64,000 bases of DNA from Oculina patagonica. Its lineage: Eukaryota. The stretch spans positions 18,662,001 through 18,726,000 of the forward strand of contig NC_135769.1 of the NCBI RefSeq assembly GCF_052425735.1, read 5' to 3'. A program made the position numbers and the translations under genes. The notes beneath the pieces are model-generated. The model was not told the DNA's origin, ran no database searches, and saw only the letters and a program-made list of their open reading frames with translations. This document shows positions 1 through 13,452 of the stretch, piece by piece; the stretch's first letter is position 1, and every line of letters begins with the position of its first letter.

Positions 1-22
1 TGTACTGAACACCATTGCTGAC
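1..22 (-). CDS. Probable start of a downstream exon (VSNGVQY...) of an unidentified minus-strand gene; continues off the window
   Basis: Minus-strand acceptor ggctctcttgtctgatttcaacAG at 24-23. Reading in phase 0 matches the phase-0 donor of the exon at 7389-7484. Confidence 0.4.
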
Positions 23-114
23 CTGTTGAAATCAGACAAGAGAGCCATGTAAGGACATTCAGGCTAATAAATTGTTCATGGGCATCCTTAATGTGCATGC
101 AATACATGTCACAA

Positions 115-476
115 GGCAGAGGCGGCAGAGCGGTTTGAAACGTGGGGGGCTAGGACTTTCCTAAAAATACTTGGCAGGATTTCATATTTGGTCAGCTTTT
201 TTCTGTTCTAGCAACTTTTTGTTTTCTGAATAGAAGATTTCCTTAGATTCTCTGTTTGTTGTTAGAAGGCCATACGAACGTTTCTGATCCTTTTTCGAAC
301 TTTTCCGAAGATAAATAAAGTTTCCCAAAGACTTCCAAGGAAGTTTCGAAGATGTATGAACTCACTCACAAGACGGAATATCTTGACAAACCAATTTAAC
401 ACCACGCTCGCGATATTTTTGGCACCAAACATAAGGGGCTGAGCCCCCCCTGCCTCCCCTGCTCCACCGCCTATGC
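115..476. mobile_element. Non-autonomous DNA transposon (MITE-like); related partial copy at ~33285-33540
   Basis: Imperfect GC-rich termini (cagaggcggcagagc...gctccaccgcctatg). The internal block (gccatacgaacgtttc...cttttccgaagat) recurs at ~33370-33420. Confidence 0.55.
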
Positions 477-920
477 AAGGTCATTGGAATATACTATATT
501 GGAATTCAATTTTTCAAAAATTTCAACAAATATCTCCAATACAAATATTATTAATTGATTTGAAGAAATAGAAAAAATCTTTAAAAAGCTAAACCTCATT
601 AAAACAGAAAAGAAAATCAAGCTAAAAAAACACCAAATCCTTGAAAATACCCTTTGAAAACATGGTTGCTATAGTAACATCAAGTCAACATGACTAAACA
701 ATAAATACACCAAACTGTTTGCCAATATTTTTTTAGGGAGAGACACGAAGTTTGTCATAATCATTACTACTTGATAAGTTTGAAATCAGTCCAGCCTTCC
801 TTCATAGCAGAAATAGAAAATGTTTTCTATTAGTGTTCCATAGAATTCCCATGCAACTTTGATTTACAAGCATTTTGGTTCATAACTTCATAACGTCCTT
901 TTCTTTTCAATTGTAATTTT

Positions 921-1197
921 NNNNNNNNNNNNNNNNNNNNNNNNNNNNNNNNNNNNNNNNNNNNNNNNNNNNNNNNNNNNNNNNNNNNNNNNNNNNNNNN
1001 NNNNNNNNNNNNNNNNNNNNNNNNNNNNNNNNNNNNNNNNNNNNNNNNNNNNNNNNNNNNNNNNNNNNNNNNNNNNNNNNNNNNNNNNNNNNNNNNNNNN
1101 NNNNNNNNNNNNNNNNNNNNNNNNNNNNNNNNNNNNNNNNNNNNNNNNNNNNNNNNNNNNNNNNNNNNNNNNNNNNNNNNNNNNNNNNNNNNNNNNN
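921..1197. other. Assembly gap (277 N)
   Basis: Run of N. Confidence 1.
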
Positions 1198-4100
1198 ACA
1201 GAAAGAAACTTAACTTTTCTTTTTCACTTTATCAAATAATTATTTTTAAATCACTCAATAAAATGCCTTTTTTCTTTTCATTTCTAATCAAAAAATAAAA
1301 AAACATAGAAAGTCCAGTATCAACAAAAGGTTATTTAATAGGAAACTGAGAAACCTTTCACTGAAAAGTGTGCAACCCCACTAAATAATTAATAAGGTAT
1401 TGTAGTCTTTTGAGGTAGGAACAAATTCTTACTAAGTGATATTAATTATTCACGGCTATAAAACCAGAACCAGAAACAACCTGCTCTAAAATTAGTTTTG
1501 ACTCAAAAAATATATAACTAGATTTAGACTAATTAGCTTAACTAACACAATTAGCCAAAGACCCTGTCTTGATGTTTTGTTTGTAAAAAATATTTTGCTC
1601 CATTAATGAAAATAAAAAAACACAGGGCCACATATTGTGATCTTATAGACTGTGACCACAGAGAAAATAATAACATCATTATACGCTGGTGCACCAGGGA
1701 CAATGAATGTAGTTTCTTTCTATTGAAACACAGGTTAGAACACAATGAAATTATATTTTCATCTGTTTGTTAGTATATATCTATGGGCAAGTTACCGATT
1801 GACTGAATGGTCTGTGTTATATTAACATTCTGTTAGGATTAGATAAAAAAATGAATTTGTCAAGTGTTTTAACTAATCAGAAACATGCAACTAAAATATA
1901 ATTTTGCCAGGTAAATTACAGCAATAGTTTAGGTCCATTTTACATTGATAACAGTACAAAAATGGAGAATTTCAAAAAACAACTTTTGCCCACTTTGGCT
2001 TAAAATTTCACACCACCAAAACCACCAGATTTTACTTCAAACTGACCTATATAACGTCTAGCTAAGAGTAAAGCAGATTCAAGATAAAATAGTTGAAGAC
2101 AGGTATGCTCTAAATAAAACCCTAGATTGGCGACATTATCAATGTAAACAGAATCATAGATGCAATTCTGGCTTACCAACTAAATCTACAAGATCACAAA
2201 GAAATTAAACTGTCAGATAACTTTACCTCCATGACATAAATCCTTAGTTTTCGCTGTGACCCCTGCATGTATGTGTAGTTTAGAAGGCTTTCAAACATTC
2301 TAATTTAGTCTCCACACAATGTATGAATAATTTAACACAACTGCCCTACCAGCTGTAAAGCACTCTAAGATTTAAGGTTCATTAACATACCACTTTCACA
2401 CAAAATCTCAATGATGTGAAGATTTTGCCCTTAAACACAGCTATTATCAAGTTCCAGAACCAAAGTAATCAGATAAAAACAAAAAATGATTTAGTTAATA
2501 CTGGTTGCAGGAAACAAATTGCAGCTGATCAGGTCAACCATCCAATAAAGAAATGTAAACAAACAAAACAGGCATTGGATTATAAAAGAATACAAATTCT
2601 CCCCACAAAACAAAAGGGTAGCAGGGTCAGTATTTTGCGAGAATTTACACTATATCGCAAAATCAACAGTTTATTTTCATTTTAAGATCATTTGAGACAT
2701 AGGTCACTGAATCTAGTGAAACATATCCAGGAAAAAGCCTATTCATCTGCTACTTTCGAAATTCTGTCTTAAACTTTAGTTGTCCCTAGCTATTGTTATG
2801 AAATCTAGGATCTTTAGCACCCTTAATGGGTTTACATGTAGTTAATGAACTTCATTTATCTCTTTGACACTGTTTTGTGTTAATGAACCTCACAGTAATA
2901 ATCAGCTATTGAAAAATACACTAATTCTCACTCAATGGTTCAAACTTGGGTTTCTTTTATGCCAACACACAATATTATCATTTTTTTAACATTTAATTTC
3001 TGATTCTTTTAAGTTCTCTATTTTATATGACTATGCCATCTAGCTATCACAATAAATCCAATTTTAATTTCTAATCTATTATCTGACCCTCAATAGGTAG
3101 TTCTTTTATTTCTTTTAGTTCGGTTTAGTTTAGTCTGTTGTTTACAAAGGAAAAGCCCTAAATACTCTTGAAATTATCAGCTGTTTTTTTTTTGCATAAT
3201 TTTGTTACAATTTCAATATTACAAATCTGTAAGTAAAAAATTGAATTCACATAAATTAGACTTCTGCCTTTCTCCTTGTGATCAGTATCGCACATGTGTA
3301 CAGTATTGATTTTGTCTCCTGTTGGTATATTCTTCTTTCATGCTGTACTTTAATTAAGTAGCACCTAGAGGGGAGGTGTAAGAGAATGGAGGACACATGC
3401 CTTGTGAGGGAGGCAAGGGCAAAGAGAGGGGCAGGAACTTATTTGATCTTCAGTCCCAAGGCATGATTCCAACAAAAATTAAATTCAGGCAAAAATCCTG
3501 CTTAGATTAGACTGCTCCACTAACAGTTTTTAATAAATGTTTTTTTTTTGTGACTAAATTTATTATTTGACAAACACCCTTTCTCTGCAACCAAGTCAAA
3601 TACAAACAGAGGAACTTCCACTACAAAAGTTTTGCATCATCACTAAAATTTTCAGCCATCACAAGGTGTTGACTGTTTCCCCACAAAATTACAAATATTA
3701 CAAAATTTTGCCTGAAGTTGTAAATTAAAGTTTTCAGCAAATCTGAGAAAACTGAATGACAAGGAAGAAATAGTGATAAAAATAAATGAATATTTTATAA
3801 CATTGTGTATGTACGATGAATGAAAGCCATTATATGTACATGTGAGAAAAATTCTGATTTCGTTACAAATAAACACAAATGAAGTACATATATGTTATCC
3901 CTCAAAAATATCTCAACCATTTTCATTTACCCAGGTAACATGGAAATTAATTAGCCACATAACACAAATTTTACTTCTCTTTATGTTGACAGTTTTATTT
4001 GGTCTGAATCAAATTCAAAATTAATTAAATTTGTGGATGAAAAGTTTTCACATTTCCTCACTTATATTTGATAGATTTCACAGGTTGTGTGGTATACTTT

Positions 4101-7100
4101 CATTAATGGTTAGTTGTTCACATTACAATGTAATTTGCCTAGCAAAAAATGTCTTTAATGGCTTTTTTTTAACGTTTTCACGGTCAATCATCCCTAAGGC
4201 ATATTCTGAAAAATGCAGAAAATGCAAGATTATCTTAAATAGCTCCACAAAATGTCATCACAGCATATTGAATAACACTAAAATTAGGATTTTGTTAAGT
4301 GCACTACAGCTACTCATGTTAAGAAAAAAATCCAGACTTACGTAAATGCCATAGAAGTCCATCGTGTTTTGTAGCAATTCAGTGTATGAATGACACTGAG
4401 CGTAAATACATTTATGCAGGTTTTTATCATTAGGAGCAAAATGAGACACAATCAAGTGTTCCAAGCTCATTATTAAATTCACCTCAAATTAGCAATCAAG
4501 CCAATCAGAGAATGAACACAAAAACACCAAAGGGCACAGATGTGCTGGAAATCTGTCAAGAAACAGACCCACATGTTCGACCTAACAGACAGGGATGTGT
4601 GAAAACTTCAACCTGGGGTAGACTTCCAGTAAAAGCCACAATAAAAATCAGTGGCTGATATAACATTATTTACTTTCCAATTTTTTAGGAACTTTTTTTC
4701 CCAATGCAAGCTGATTTATCAGGTCAGTTTGCTTTTCTGTGGTTTTGTGATAGTATTTTTGTACAAAATGTAAATTAGAAAATATAACAGTGATCCTAAA
4801 TCAAACCTTTATAAAAAGCAACAAATGAATAATAGAAATTGCGAACAATGGTTATATATTAATAACTTAGAACTGAAGAAAACAACATTTTATTTATTTT
4901 CTCCTAGAGCCTAATGAAAAAGCCTCATTTGGGCATAATAGAGCTAAAATATTTATAACTCAAAGCTATTTTTGTATTCATTAGTAAGATAAGAAACTAC
5001 ATGTATGTTACCAATTTAAAATTAAAGATGAAAACCAAACATGTAATACACAAGCCTGACAATTTACTCAAAAATTGTGTACAGAATATTATTATCAAAC
5101 ATTTCACAGACATGAATAAATTATGGAAAAAAAAATGTTACATTGTAGCACTGGTAAAATTTCAGACAAAGGTTTCTGTTTTTCGTAGTATATTTTATTT
5201 TAGAAATAATGTAAATCCTAAGTAACAAGTGAAACTATTATCAGTAAAAAATATGATTTATTTTTATTAAAATAAAAATAAGAAAAGAAAGGGAAGGAAA
5301 TCTACATGGAAGGGGGGGGGGGGGGGTGGACAGAAAAATTAAAAATTGTTTTAAGATACCATAAAGCTCTACTGGAATATGTTATTTATAGTTTCCCTGC
5401 GAGCAAAGTCTTTGTCTCCAGTTATTTTTTTGGGTTCCCAGCAAAAAAAAAAAATTCTCCCAAACCCTCACCCCCCAACATTACTTTCTGTCAACTCTAT
5501 AACGTCCTGATGTTGCTTACTACGAGCAAAAAGGTTTTTGTAACATTGGTGAATACCACCATAACTTTGTGCGAATTTTGATAATTTCCATTTTTGTGAT
5601 AATTTATTCAGAAGTTTCCCATAATTTCAACAAATTCTCCCAACTACAAGACTGTAAAGAGACGAGAAAATGCTTTGCAATGTGTGACTGACATCACATA
5701 CAAATTCTCCCTACTGGTCTCTTTACATTTCTTATAGTACAAGTTGGGAGAAAATGTTTGAAACATAAAATGCTAATGGCTCTTGGGCCTCTTATGAGGG
5801 TTATCATTATCTACCCCTTAGTCTTCAACTTTGACCTTGTTCGATGATTGTATACCACTGTTCAAGTGTTGAATTTCAAGAAGCTTAAAGTACTCTAGAC
5901 TTATCTTACGAAAGCTCTTAATAATATAACCAGAAATATTATATTAACACTTAACCTGAAGTTTTGGACCTAATATCGCTTGCCAAATGCACAGAAGCCC
6001 GATCTCTGTATAGCTAAGCTGTTTTTAAGAGTTTAATAATTAATTACTGTGTTTAAATTCTGTCTTCAAATACAAACATGCCAAGCAAATCAGCCGATAT
6101 TGTCTGTGTGAAGTGCTCTGAACGCTCATATTGTTTTCTAGCCCTGCATGAGAATGTTTGTGATTTCAAACCTGATATGCTTCTTGCGGTAGCAAAGTAC
6201 TTCCACAAACTTTGCATATAAATTCTTGAACAGGCTCCATTCAATTTTAGGGACAACTCGAAGGTAAAATGACCAAACAAGGCGTTTTTCGGCCAATGTT
6301 CCACCGCGCGTCTCAAATACCGACAATGATGTGGTTCGTGTAATGAATACTTCTTTTAACCAATACAAGATTTTATTAACTTTTTACTTCAAAATTTGAG
6401 CTGTCAGACATTTGATACTCGTCTCGGTGAATCACAATAAAGACAGGCTGTCTTTCTCAAGCGATTTCATCAAGAGAATTTTTTTCACAGCAGATGGATG
6501 CCCGATAAGTGCCATGATCAATTCCGTTCGTTCGGTAGCGGCGGGAGGAAGCTTATCTCAAGACAAAATATGCCACACAATTTATCGCTCGTTCCGCCAG
6601 GTGTAAATATAAGACTATAGTTTAGGCTAACGGAGTTCGACCGCGTTCTCACTGTGAAATACGATAAGCGAAAGTAGAAATTCATCGTTTACGTTTGCAT
6701 GCAAGAAGCTTTCTCTAATCATTTCAACAGTAGGAACGCGCGCGAACGAAAAGTAAGCTAAATTGATTAGTCCTTGAATAAACATAAGAACGTGAAGACG
6801 GAAACGTTATGCATGTTTGCTCCTCAATGCACAAATACGGAAAAGTCTAGCTATTCTTTGCACAAATGCCTTTGAAACTAATGAACTAAGTATTCCCGCG
6901 ATGAACAAAGTCTTATGAGCTAATTTACGTAATGCAGCGAGCGATCGCAACTAGCTTGTCATAATAGTTCTTCGCCCATCAAAACATTAAATTATGTGTA
7001 ATCCTAATGCGTCAAAATAAAATTGCCAGTATTTCACAACAGTTTACTGAACCCTGACTTTAAGCCTTTGACGTCGGTTGAGAAATGCTAATTTGGAGGA

Positions 7101-7388
7101 AAGTCTTGTTTTCTTTTGCTGGTGGCCATAAAGATCTTCAGTCAAGAAATAACAACATCCCGAAATGCAGGTCGACGGAAGCTTTGCGAATTTACAGCGA
7201 AAAGATTGACTTCGATTCGCGAGATTTTGACAGCGTTCAACAACGCTTGTTCGGGATTATTAGATATATAAGTATTGGGCTGGATACTGGTTTTCCAAGG
7301 AATAGATCAGCGCCGATAATTAACCAAATGTCAAAAGATACGAGGGCAGCTGAACCGCAGAAAGTCAGCAGACCAAACTTCTACTCAC

Positions 7389-7484
7389 CGGTTCAGGTTC
7401 CTGTGAGTTCGGCACGATTTCTGTCGTTCCATTTGCCGTCGAAGTAACCTCCGCTGGCAACGAAGTCACAACCTGTTGTTCCAT
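7389..7484 (-). CDS. Probable first coding exon of an unidentified gene (MEQQVVTSLPAEVTSTANGTTEIVPNSQEPEP)
   Basis: ATG at 7484, 32 open codons, then a consensus donor CCG|GTGAGT at 7388. It sits in a CpG-retaining island (~6250-7700) next to CpG-depleted, intron-like DNA to the left. Confidence 0.6.
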
Positions 7485-8342
7485 CGGCTAATCGGAGGGA
7501 ATCCGTTGAAAATGCTTGTAAAATGATAAAATGAAATCGAAATTTCCTCGCTGTCAACTCACAAGTCCTACAAACTGTCCCGAATTATCCGCGCCAATCA
7601 TTTTCCGCCGACCACATGTATGGCAGACGTAGGTGACAATATCTTCACAGGGAGGGGAGGGTGGGGGTTACCTCGTCAACTTCTCTAATTCTTTTTCTTG
7701 TTGAAAGACAGAACAAAATTTTTATAACCTTGTTTTAATGAGCTAATCTTATATTTACATCAAAACTGGTACCATCGTAGCTAAATTTGCAGCTCAACCT
7801 TTTTTTTTTCTTACAATAAAATTACAGCCCTACCCCCCAGGGAGAAGAACCGAGTTGGCATCCAAGCCCACTTGGCTGACAACACCTGCAAATCGACAAA
7901 AAACACGATAACAAATTAACTCTTTTGTAAACTAAATAAGACGCGCAAATACACACAGCATATGTTGGTGGTGTATTTTGACTGACTATTTTGTTTTCGG
8001 AAAAGAAATGATACTCTGGCGACCGTTTCTGGCAACCGGTAAATGCATCTTCCTAGTTAGCATTTTATAGGCAGGTCGTTGCTACAGTTACGCTCAAAAT
8101 AACATATTTAAATTTGCCAAAGGAGCAATTACCACAATTCTTGCATGTCAGACTCCTAGGCAAAATAATTAGATTGTAGATGTATAGCCTGTTTCAGGCG
8201 TTCGATTAGTTGAGGCGCCGCGCGAAAAACGGGATTAGAAGAATTGGCGAGTGGCCGAAAATGATGAGGGGTTTGGGCCCCCCATATTTTTCGCTTGCCG
8301 TTTTTGCGCTGCTTCTCAACTAAGCGAACGCCTGGAACAGGC

Positions 8343-8767
8343 CCCGAGGGGTACTCCCTATAATGGCCTATACGGGGAGGCTCCGCCTGAAAGGGGTACT
8401 TTTTTCTGGCTTCAGGTATATAAAAGCGTTGGGATTTCACAAGTTTAAGTATACGAAAGGGTATGGAAATCTGTCATTTAGGTTTTTAAAAGGGCCTTAA
8501 ATTAAAATATTTCGAACAGATGCAATTTATGGCTGTATTATTTTAATTTATTAAGCGCTACTTGAAAATGACAAGAAAACGTCTTGTTATAAGTTTATGC
8601 TATGTCTTTCAGGTATATAAAAGGGATACCTTTTATCAGTAAAAGTTATACGAAAGGGGTACAATTTCTGTCAAAATGGTATATAAAAGGGTAAGGGGTT
8701 AGAGCTCGGGGCGGAGCCTCAACCTCCCCGTATAAAACTTTTTTGAGTACACCCCCCCCCCCCCGGG
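8343..8767. mobile_element. MITE with CCCG(G)n..(C)nCGGG termini, inserted in the right arm of a TAG..CTA palindromic element (8185-8778)
   Basis: Inverted termini and a flanking GAACAGG duplication. Same family as 9023-9498. Confidence 0.7.
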
Positions 8768-9022
8768 AGAACAGGCTAATGAGATCAGGAATGACGACAG
8801 CAACAAAAGAAGAGATCTCTTGTCTACTTTAGATAAACCTGTCAATAACCGAACGGTCCGAGTACATCTTGAAAACTCTCCTTTCTACGATTCATACATT
8901 TTCTATTCTTCGCCTTGAAAAGTTTTGTAGTTGATCATGTCTTTTAATCTCATCGATTTTATTTATAAAAATCCTAAGAGAAAACGAGAATTGATTACTC
9001 TTTCTCTCCGCTCGCGCGTGTT

Positions 9023-9498
9023 CCCGCGAGGGGGGGGGGGGGGTTTCTCCCTATAGCGCAGTGGACTGCCCGAAAGGGGGGCCTTTTCCAGGCTGTAGGT
9101 ATATGAATACGCTCGATTTCCGCCGCTCTTTCGAGTCCGGTCTTTGTTCCTGAGCCTAGTATATAAAATGATAGGGATTTACGATTTGGAGTGTAGATAG
9201 GGAAAACTGTCATTACGTATTTTGACCACGGAACGGGCGATTCATTTAACTATTTTAAGGGGTTATACAAGTGAAAAATTAAGAAAATTGATGCAGTATC
9301 CTTTCTGTAAGTATGCGAAAAGGGTACATTTTCTATCGAAAGTATATATTATCCCATATTTCAAAAATGGTATATAAAAGGGTAACGGTTTAGACCTCGG
9401 GGTGGAGCCTCCCAGTATCTGAAGTATATAATCTATTATGTACTTCTGCCAGTATATATATTTTTTTAGTACCCCCCCCCCCCTCCCCCCACCACGGG
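9023..9498. mobile_element. Second, more diverged copy of the CCCG..CGGG MITE family
   Basis: Shared internal blocks (aaaatggtatataaaagggtaa...ctcgggg.ggagcct) and a flanking CGCGTGT duplication. Confidence 0.65.
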
Positions 9499-10970
9499 CG
9501 CGTGTGACTCTACTTGGACTGCTCCGGGCTAATCGAACAACAAAGTTTTATTTTAAAAAAATCGTTAATTTCAATTTTTTCGAAGTCTCAATAACTGAAT
9601 ATAAATAGCAATTATTTTCTTTCTGTAGCTGGCAGGTGCCAATTTATCCCTGAGGAATTGTGGCCACCAAGACAGGTGATTCATGTATCTAATACGAAGT
9701 CGTCAGCCAAAATCATTATCACAATCACACAAGAAACGAACAGGTGCTTTATGATAATTTGCATGCTGGAAATAATGAGTAATGATAGTACCAGAAAAAT
9801 CGGCTGTAAATACAATTTGCAGTAAATTGCGGCCTCCCGATAAAAGAAAAAAAAACAAGAAAAAGGAATCATTGGGTGTGCCTTAGCCAGTTTATAATTC
9901 TTATGGCTGATTTGAGTTTCAGCCCAGTTTGAGTTCGAGTTACCCCCCGCAGACGTCGAAACATTGATCTGCAACAATTTTCCGGCAACAATATGTTTCC
10001 TAGTTTGCGGGGGCCTTTAAAATTCGAATTATAGTTAGAGCTTTAAAACCTTTAAGATAGACATGTTTGTTCTGATACTCCTTTTCTAAGTCAATTTCAA
10101 CCTGTTTACAAGACTCTTGGTAGAGTATACTCAGCTGATAGAGAGTTCTTTTCACGGAATGATTTCATCTGCCATCGATCACTTTCTTTTTAGACCCTTG
10201 CCTGTCCGACCTTGTTGAAAACGAAGCCAAAAATTGTATGTTTCATTCTTGCTGGCCGCTAAATAGGGACGGCAAAAAGGTGGCCGCGGTCGCTTAAAAG
10301 AGGTTTTATTTACAGTATTATACTGACAACAGTTTCGGGACTTTAAAAACTGGCCGCCTCATAAAGGGTGGCCGCCTTATGGGTGGCCTCTTAAAAGAGG
10401 TTCAACTGTTTCGGCGTAAAACTTGTGAATTATGGCGTCGACGAAAGTAGCAAAGCTGGAAATGGCTTCTTTCTCTGTTTTCATCGTTAAACGCAAAAAT
10501 GTCTTGATTTTTCGCATTGCGCGAAATTGGCAAGCTCTGTCTCCTTTCCCCCTTTGTCTCTTCACAACGACAAGGAAGGGAAAGGAGAGAGACCCTGGGC
10601 AATTGAAGGATGGTAAGGAATTTATCGAATTGATCAGAATAGGATACTTCTTGGTAAACCAGCTTTCGAACGCAGTTAAACTTGTCTTCCTTTTTTTTGG
10701 AACATTTTCTTAGCCTGTTCGCAGCCAACCACTCTCCTAAACTAAGGGCGGCCAAGGGGGCGTTGCCCCTCTCCGATTTAATCTGTTCTCAAATCCTGAT
10801 TGGATCATCGATCTCTAGGAAAGAATTCAAGTTAATTAAGGCCCTGTTCACACCATTGTGTTTTGAAAAGTCACCGTTTTCATTTGGCCCTAGAGTAGCA
10901 AAATTTTTTTTTGTCCACACAGACTTTCGTTTGAAAACGCATACTCTTTTGATGCGATTTCGCTTACTGT

Positions 10971-11126
10971 TAGACTGTCCACAGCCCTCTATTTTTTCGT
11001 GTTTTTTCGATCGATGAGCGCACGGTAAGAACGGCAAGAGAACCGCCCCCCTCCCCCCGCGCGCTCGCGCTCGCTTCGTTTGTTTTTTTTTTGCGTTAAA
11101 AAATAGAGGCGGCTGTGGACAGTCTA
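10971..11126. mobile_element. Palindromic MITE with TAG..CTA ends and a 9-bp TSD (AcademH-like)
   Basis: TIR TAGACTGTCCACAGCC / GGCTGTGGACAGTCTA; GCTTACTGT duplicated at 10962-10970 and 11127-11135. Confidence 0.8.
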
Positions 11127-11655
11127 GCTTACTGTTCACACTAAACTTAAAGTTGTCGAATTCGCTGATGAAATACCGGGAACTTTTGTAAACGCTTTAT
11201 AAGGAGGAGATTTTTAAACTGCATTGTTTTCTGTGCGGAAGGCGAGGAAACCCATTAAGCGTGTGGACGGATAATAACGAAGACGTTTAGAAACGCTGTT
11301 ATGCAGTTTTCAGTCTTTATAGTACGAACGATTGGCAAAACTCATAAAAATGTAGAACGAGTTTTAAAACCAGAACGCATTGGTGTGAATGGGTGAAAAC
11401 CATACAAATAAAGTTTTATGAACAAATAAACGCCAAGGTCGTTTTCTTTCTTTTTTTAATCTTTCTCCTCTACTTTAGTGTCAAGGTTAGGGTTATAGGC
11501 AGATAAGCTTCTGGGACCTCATGTATATTGCATTCTTGTCCGTGCTTCTCCTACTCGTGCGCTATATTTCTCCTACCTCGTTCCCAGGGCTTTTCCCTCA
11601 CCAAGGGAAAAGCCCTGGCCGTGGTTGATGTTTCTCTTACCAGCTACTAGTTGTT

Positions 11656-11745
11656 TGACTGATTGACTGACTGACTGACTAACTGATAGCCTGACTGAAT
11701 GACTGACTGACTGAATGACTGGTTGGCTGACTGACTGACTGACTG
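11656..11745. repeat. (GACT)n microsatellite; a shorter one lies at ~56774-56820
   Basis: Imperfect GACT tetramer run. Confidence 0.9.
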
Positions 11746-13123
11746 GCGGGCTGGCTCATTTAATCACTAGTTATCAAAGGTAAAAACTTTGTAGTCTTCA
11801 TGGCACTTGGCATGGCTCATTTCACAGTGGCAATTATCCAATATAGGGCCATACCCGAAACATTTGTATCGTTGTGTGAGGATTTTGGTCCTTGATTAAT
11901 CACTATCTAACTTCCTGCCTGTTTAGCCACAGGATGGTTTAATTATATTCCCAATTCACTTATAAAGTCTAAGAAATAAAAACACTGAAAGCTAACATGC
12001 AGGGCATTTAAACTTTAGAAAGCTTGGATTGAATTTCGTAACCACTGGAGATATGTTATGACCAGCTGTTTGAGTGTTTGCTAATTTTCGAACATTAAGT
12101 TTTACAGGCTTAATTTTTATGACCCTACATTGACTCATTAAAAAATACACTTTAGTTAAAGACGTTTTAATCAGCTTTTTAAGATTGACATGAATAAAAT
12201 TATATATAACAATCTAGTATTTCTTTTCATTAAATACAACTGAATTGAAAATTAGTAAATAATGTACAACCACATTCTATGGGAATACCAACCCTTTTAA
12301 ATTGTAGCAATTAAAAAATTCTTCCACTTTTAAATATATGACTTAATGTGATGACAAGTTTGCAGTGACACACATATTTCACTTTCACCTTTCATTTTAG
12401 AAATCAAGTTGGATATTAATATTTTAATATTTTTGACAGCACTTACAGGGTTGCCACTCATTAGAACGCAAAAAATTCATTGATCTCAAAACAATTTTAA
12501 CTGACCTTGCATTAGGTGAATTATAAAATATTAAGCCAAATCCACTTTTACAATTGCTTCAGCTTCTTTTGCAGACCATCAATAGTCTTCTCTTCATTTT
12601 CGGTCTCTTTACGTTTTTCACGGTAGTTTGAACGCATGGCATTTGACTTCACCAACAAATCTATTTTGTTTTTTGCTTCAGCCAAAATTTCCTGACTTCT
12701 CGCTGACCTTGACAAGAAGAACTAAGATTTTTCCTGACTTTTTGCAAAATTCCCTTACCTTTCTCTGGCCTTGAAAATTCTTTGTTTTTCCCTGACTTGG
12801 TTGATTATCAACTGGAAATTGATAAAGGTAAATAACCATTGTACTGAATTTGGAAAAGCTGATGTCAGAGCAAATGAAGGATAGAGGGTTGTGTGTTTTT
12901 ATACTGTACTTCAGTAGCCCAGTACATAAACACACACACAACCGCCAATCCTTTATTTGCTTCGACGAAGGGCTAATACTTGAAGCGTTTACCTTTTTCA
13001 CCCACTTGATAATCAACTAAGTGTTCACTTGTCCACTGACACAGCACAACAGTTTCTTTAGAAATTAACAACTTTGTTTTCATGACAACACAGGTACGAC
13101 ATTACCTGATTTGTATATGCCAT

Positions 13124-13426
13124 AAAAAAAGGAAGCCTCGAGCCAAGTGGCCCATACTGCTGGAGCTTATCCCGGTTTTGATGCATGCTGGGAATATTTC
13201 TACTACCCCCTGGATGGGATGCTAGTCCATAGCAGGGTACCCCCCCCCCCACCCACCCCCTCAGCATTATTTTGCCGGTTCCCATTTTTACACCTGGGTG
13301 GAGAGAGGCACTATAAGAGTTGAGTGTCTTGCCTAAGAACACAACACAGTGACACTGGCCAGAGCTCGAACCTGGACCACTGGATCTGTTGCCCGGCACG
13401 CTAACCATTAGGCCACTGCACCTCCC
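13124..13426 (-). mobile_element. tRNA-derived SINE just downstream of the F-box gene stop; partial copy at ~17865-18025
   Basis: A box (GTGGCCTAATGG) and B box (GGTTCGAGCTC), then a CORE-like block TTCTTAGGCAAGACACTCAACTC...GTAAAAATGGG. Confidence 0.8.
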
Positions 13427-13452
13427 ATGCCATATTATGCCCAAAATTGTTG

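Noticed and set aside
2226-2263. Possible 36-nt minus-strand micro-exon (GSQRKLRIYVME)
   Set aside because: Phase-compatible, but the acceptor lacks a polypyrimidine tract; not supportable without transcripts.
10377-11139. Overlapping 60-117 aa ORFs
   Set aside because: They overlap MITE sequence or lack recognisable domains and splice support.
13058-13444. 128-aa ORF after the F-box gene
   Set aside because: It is the translation of the SINE.
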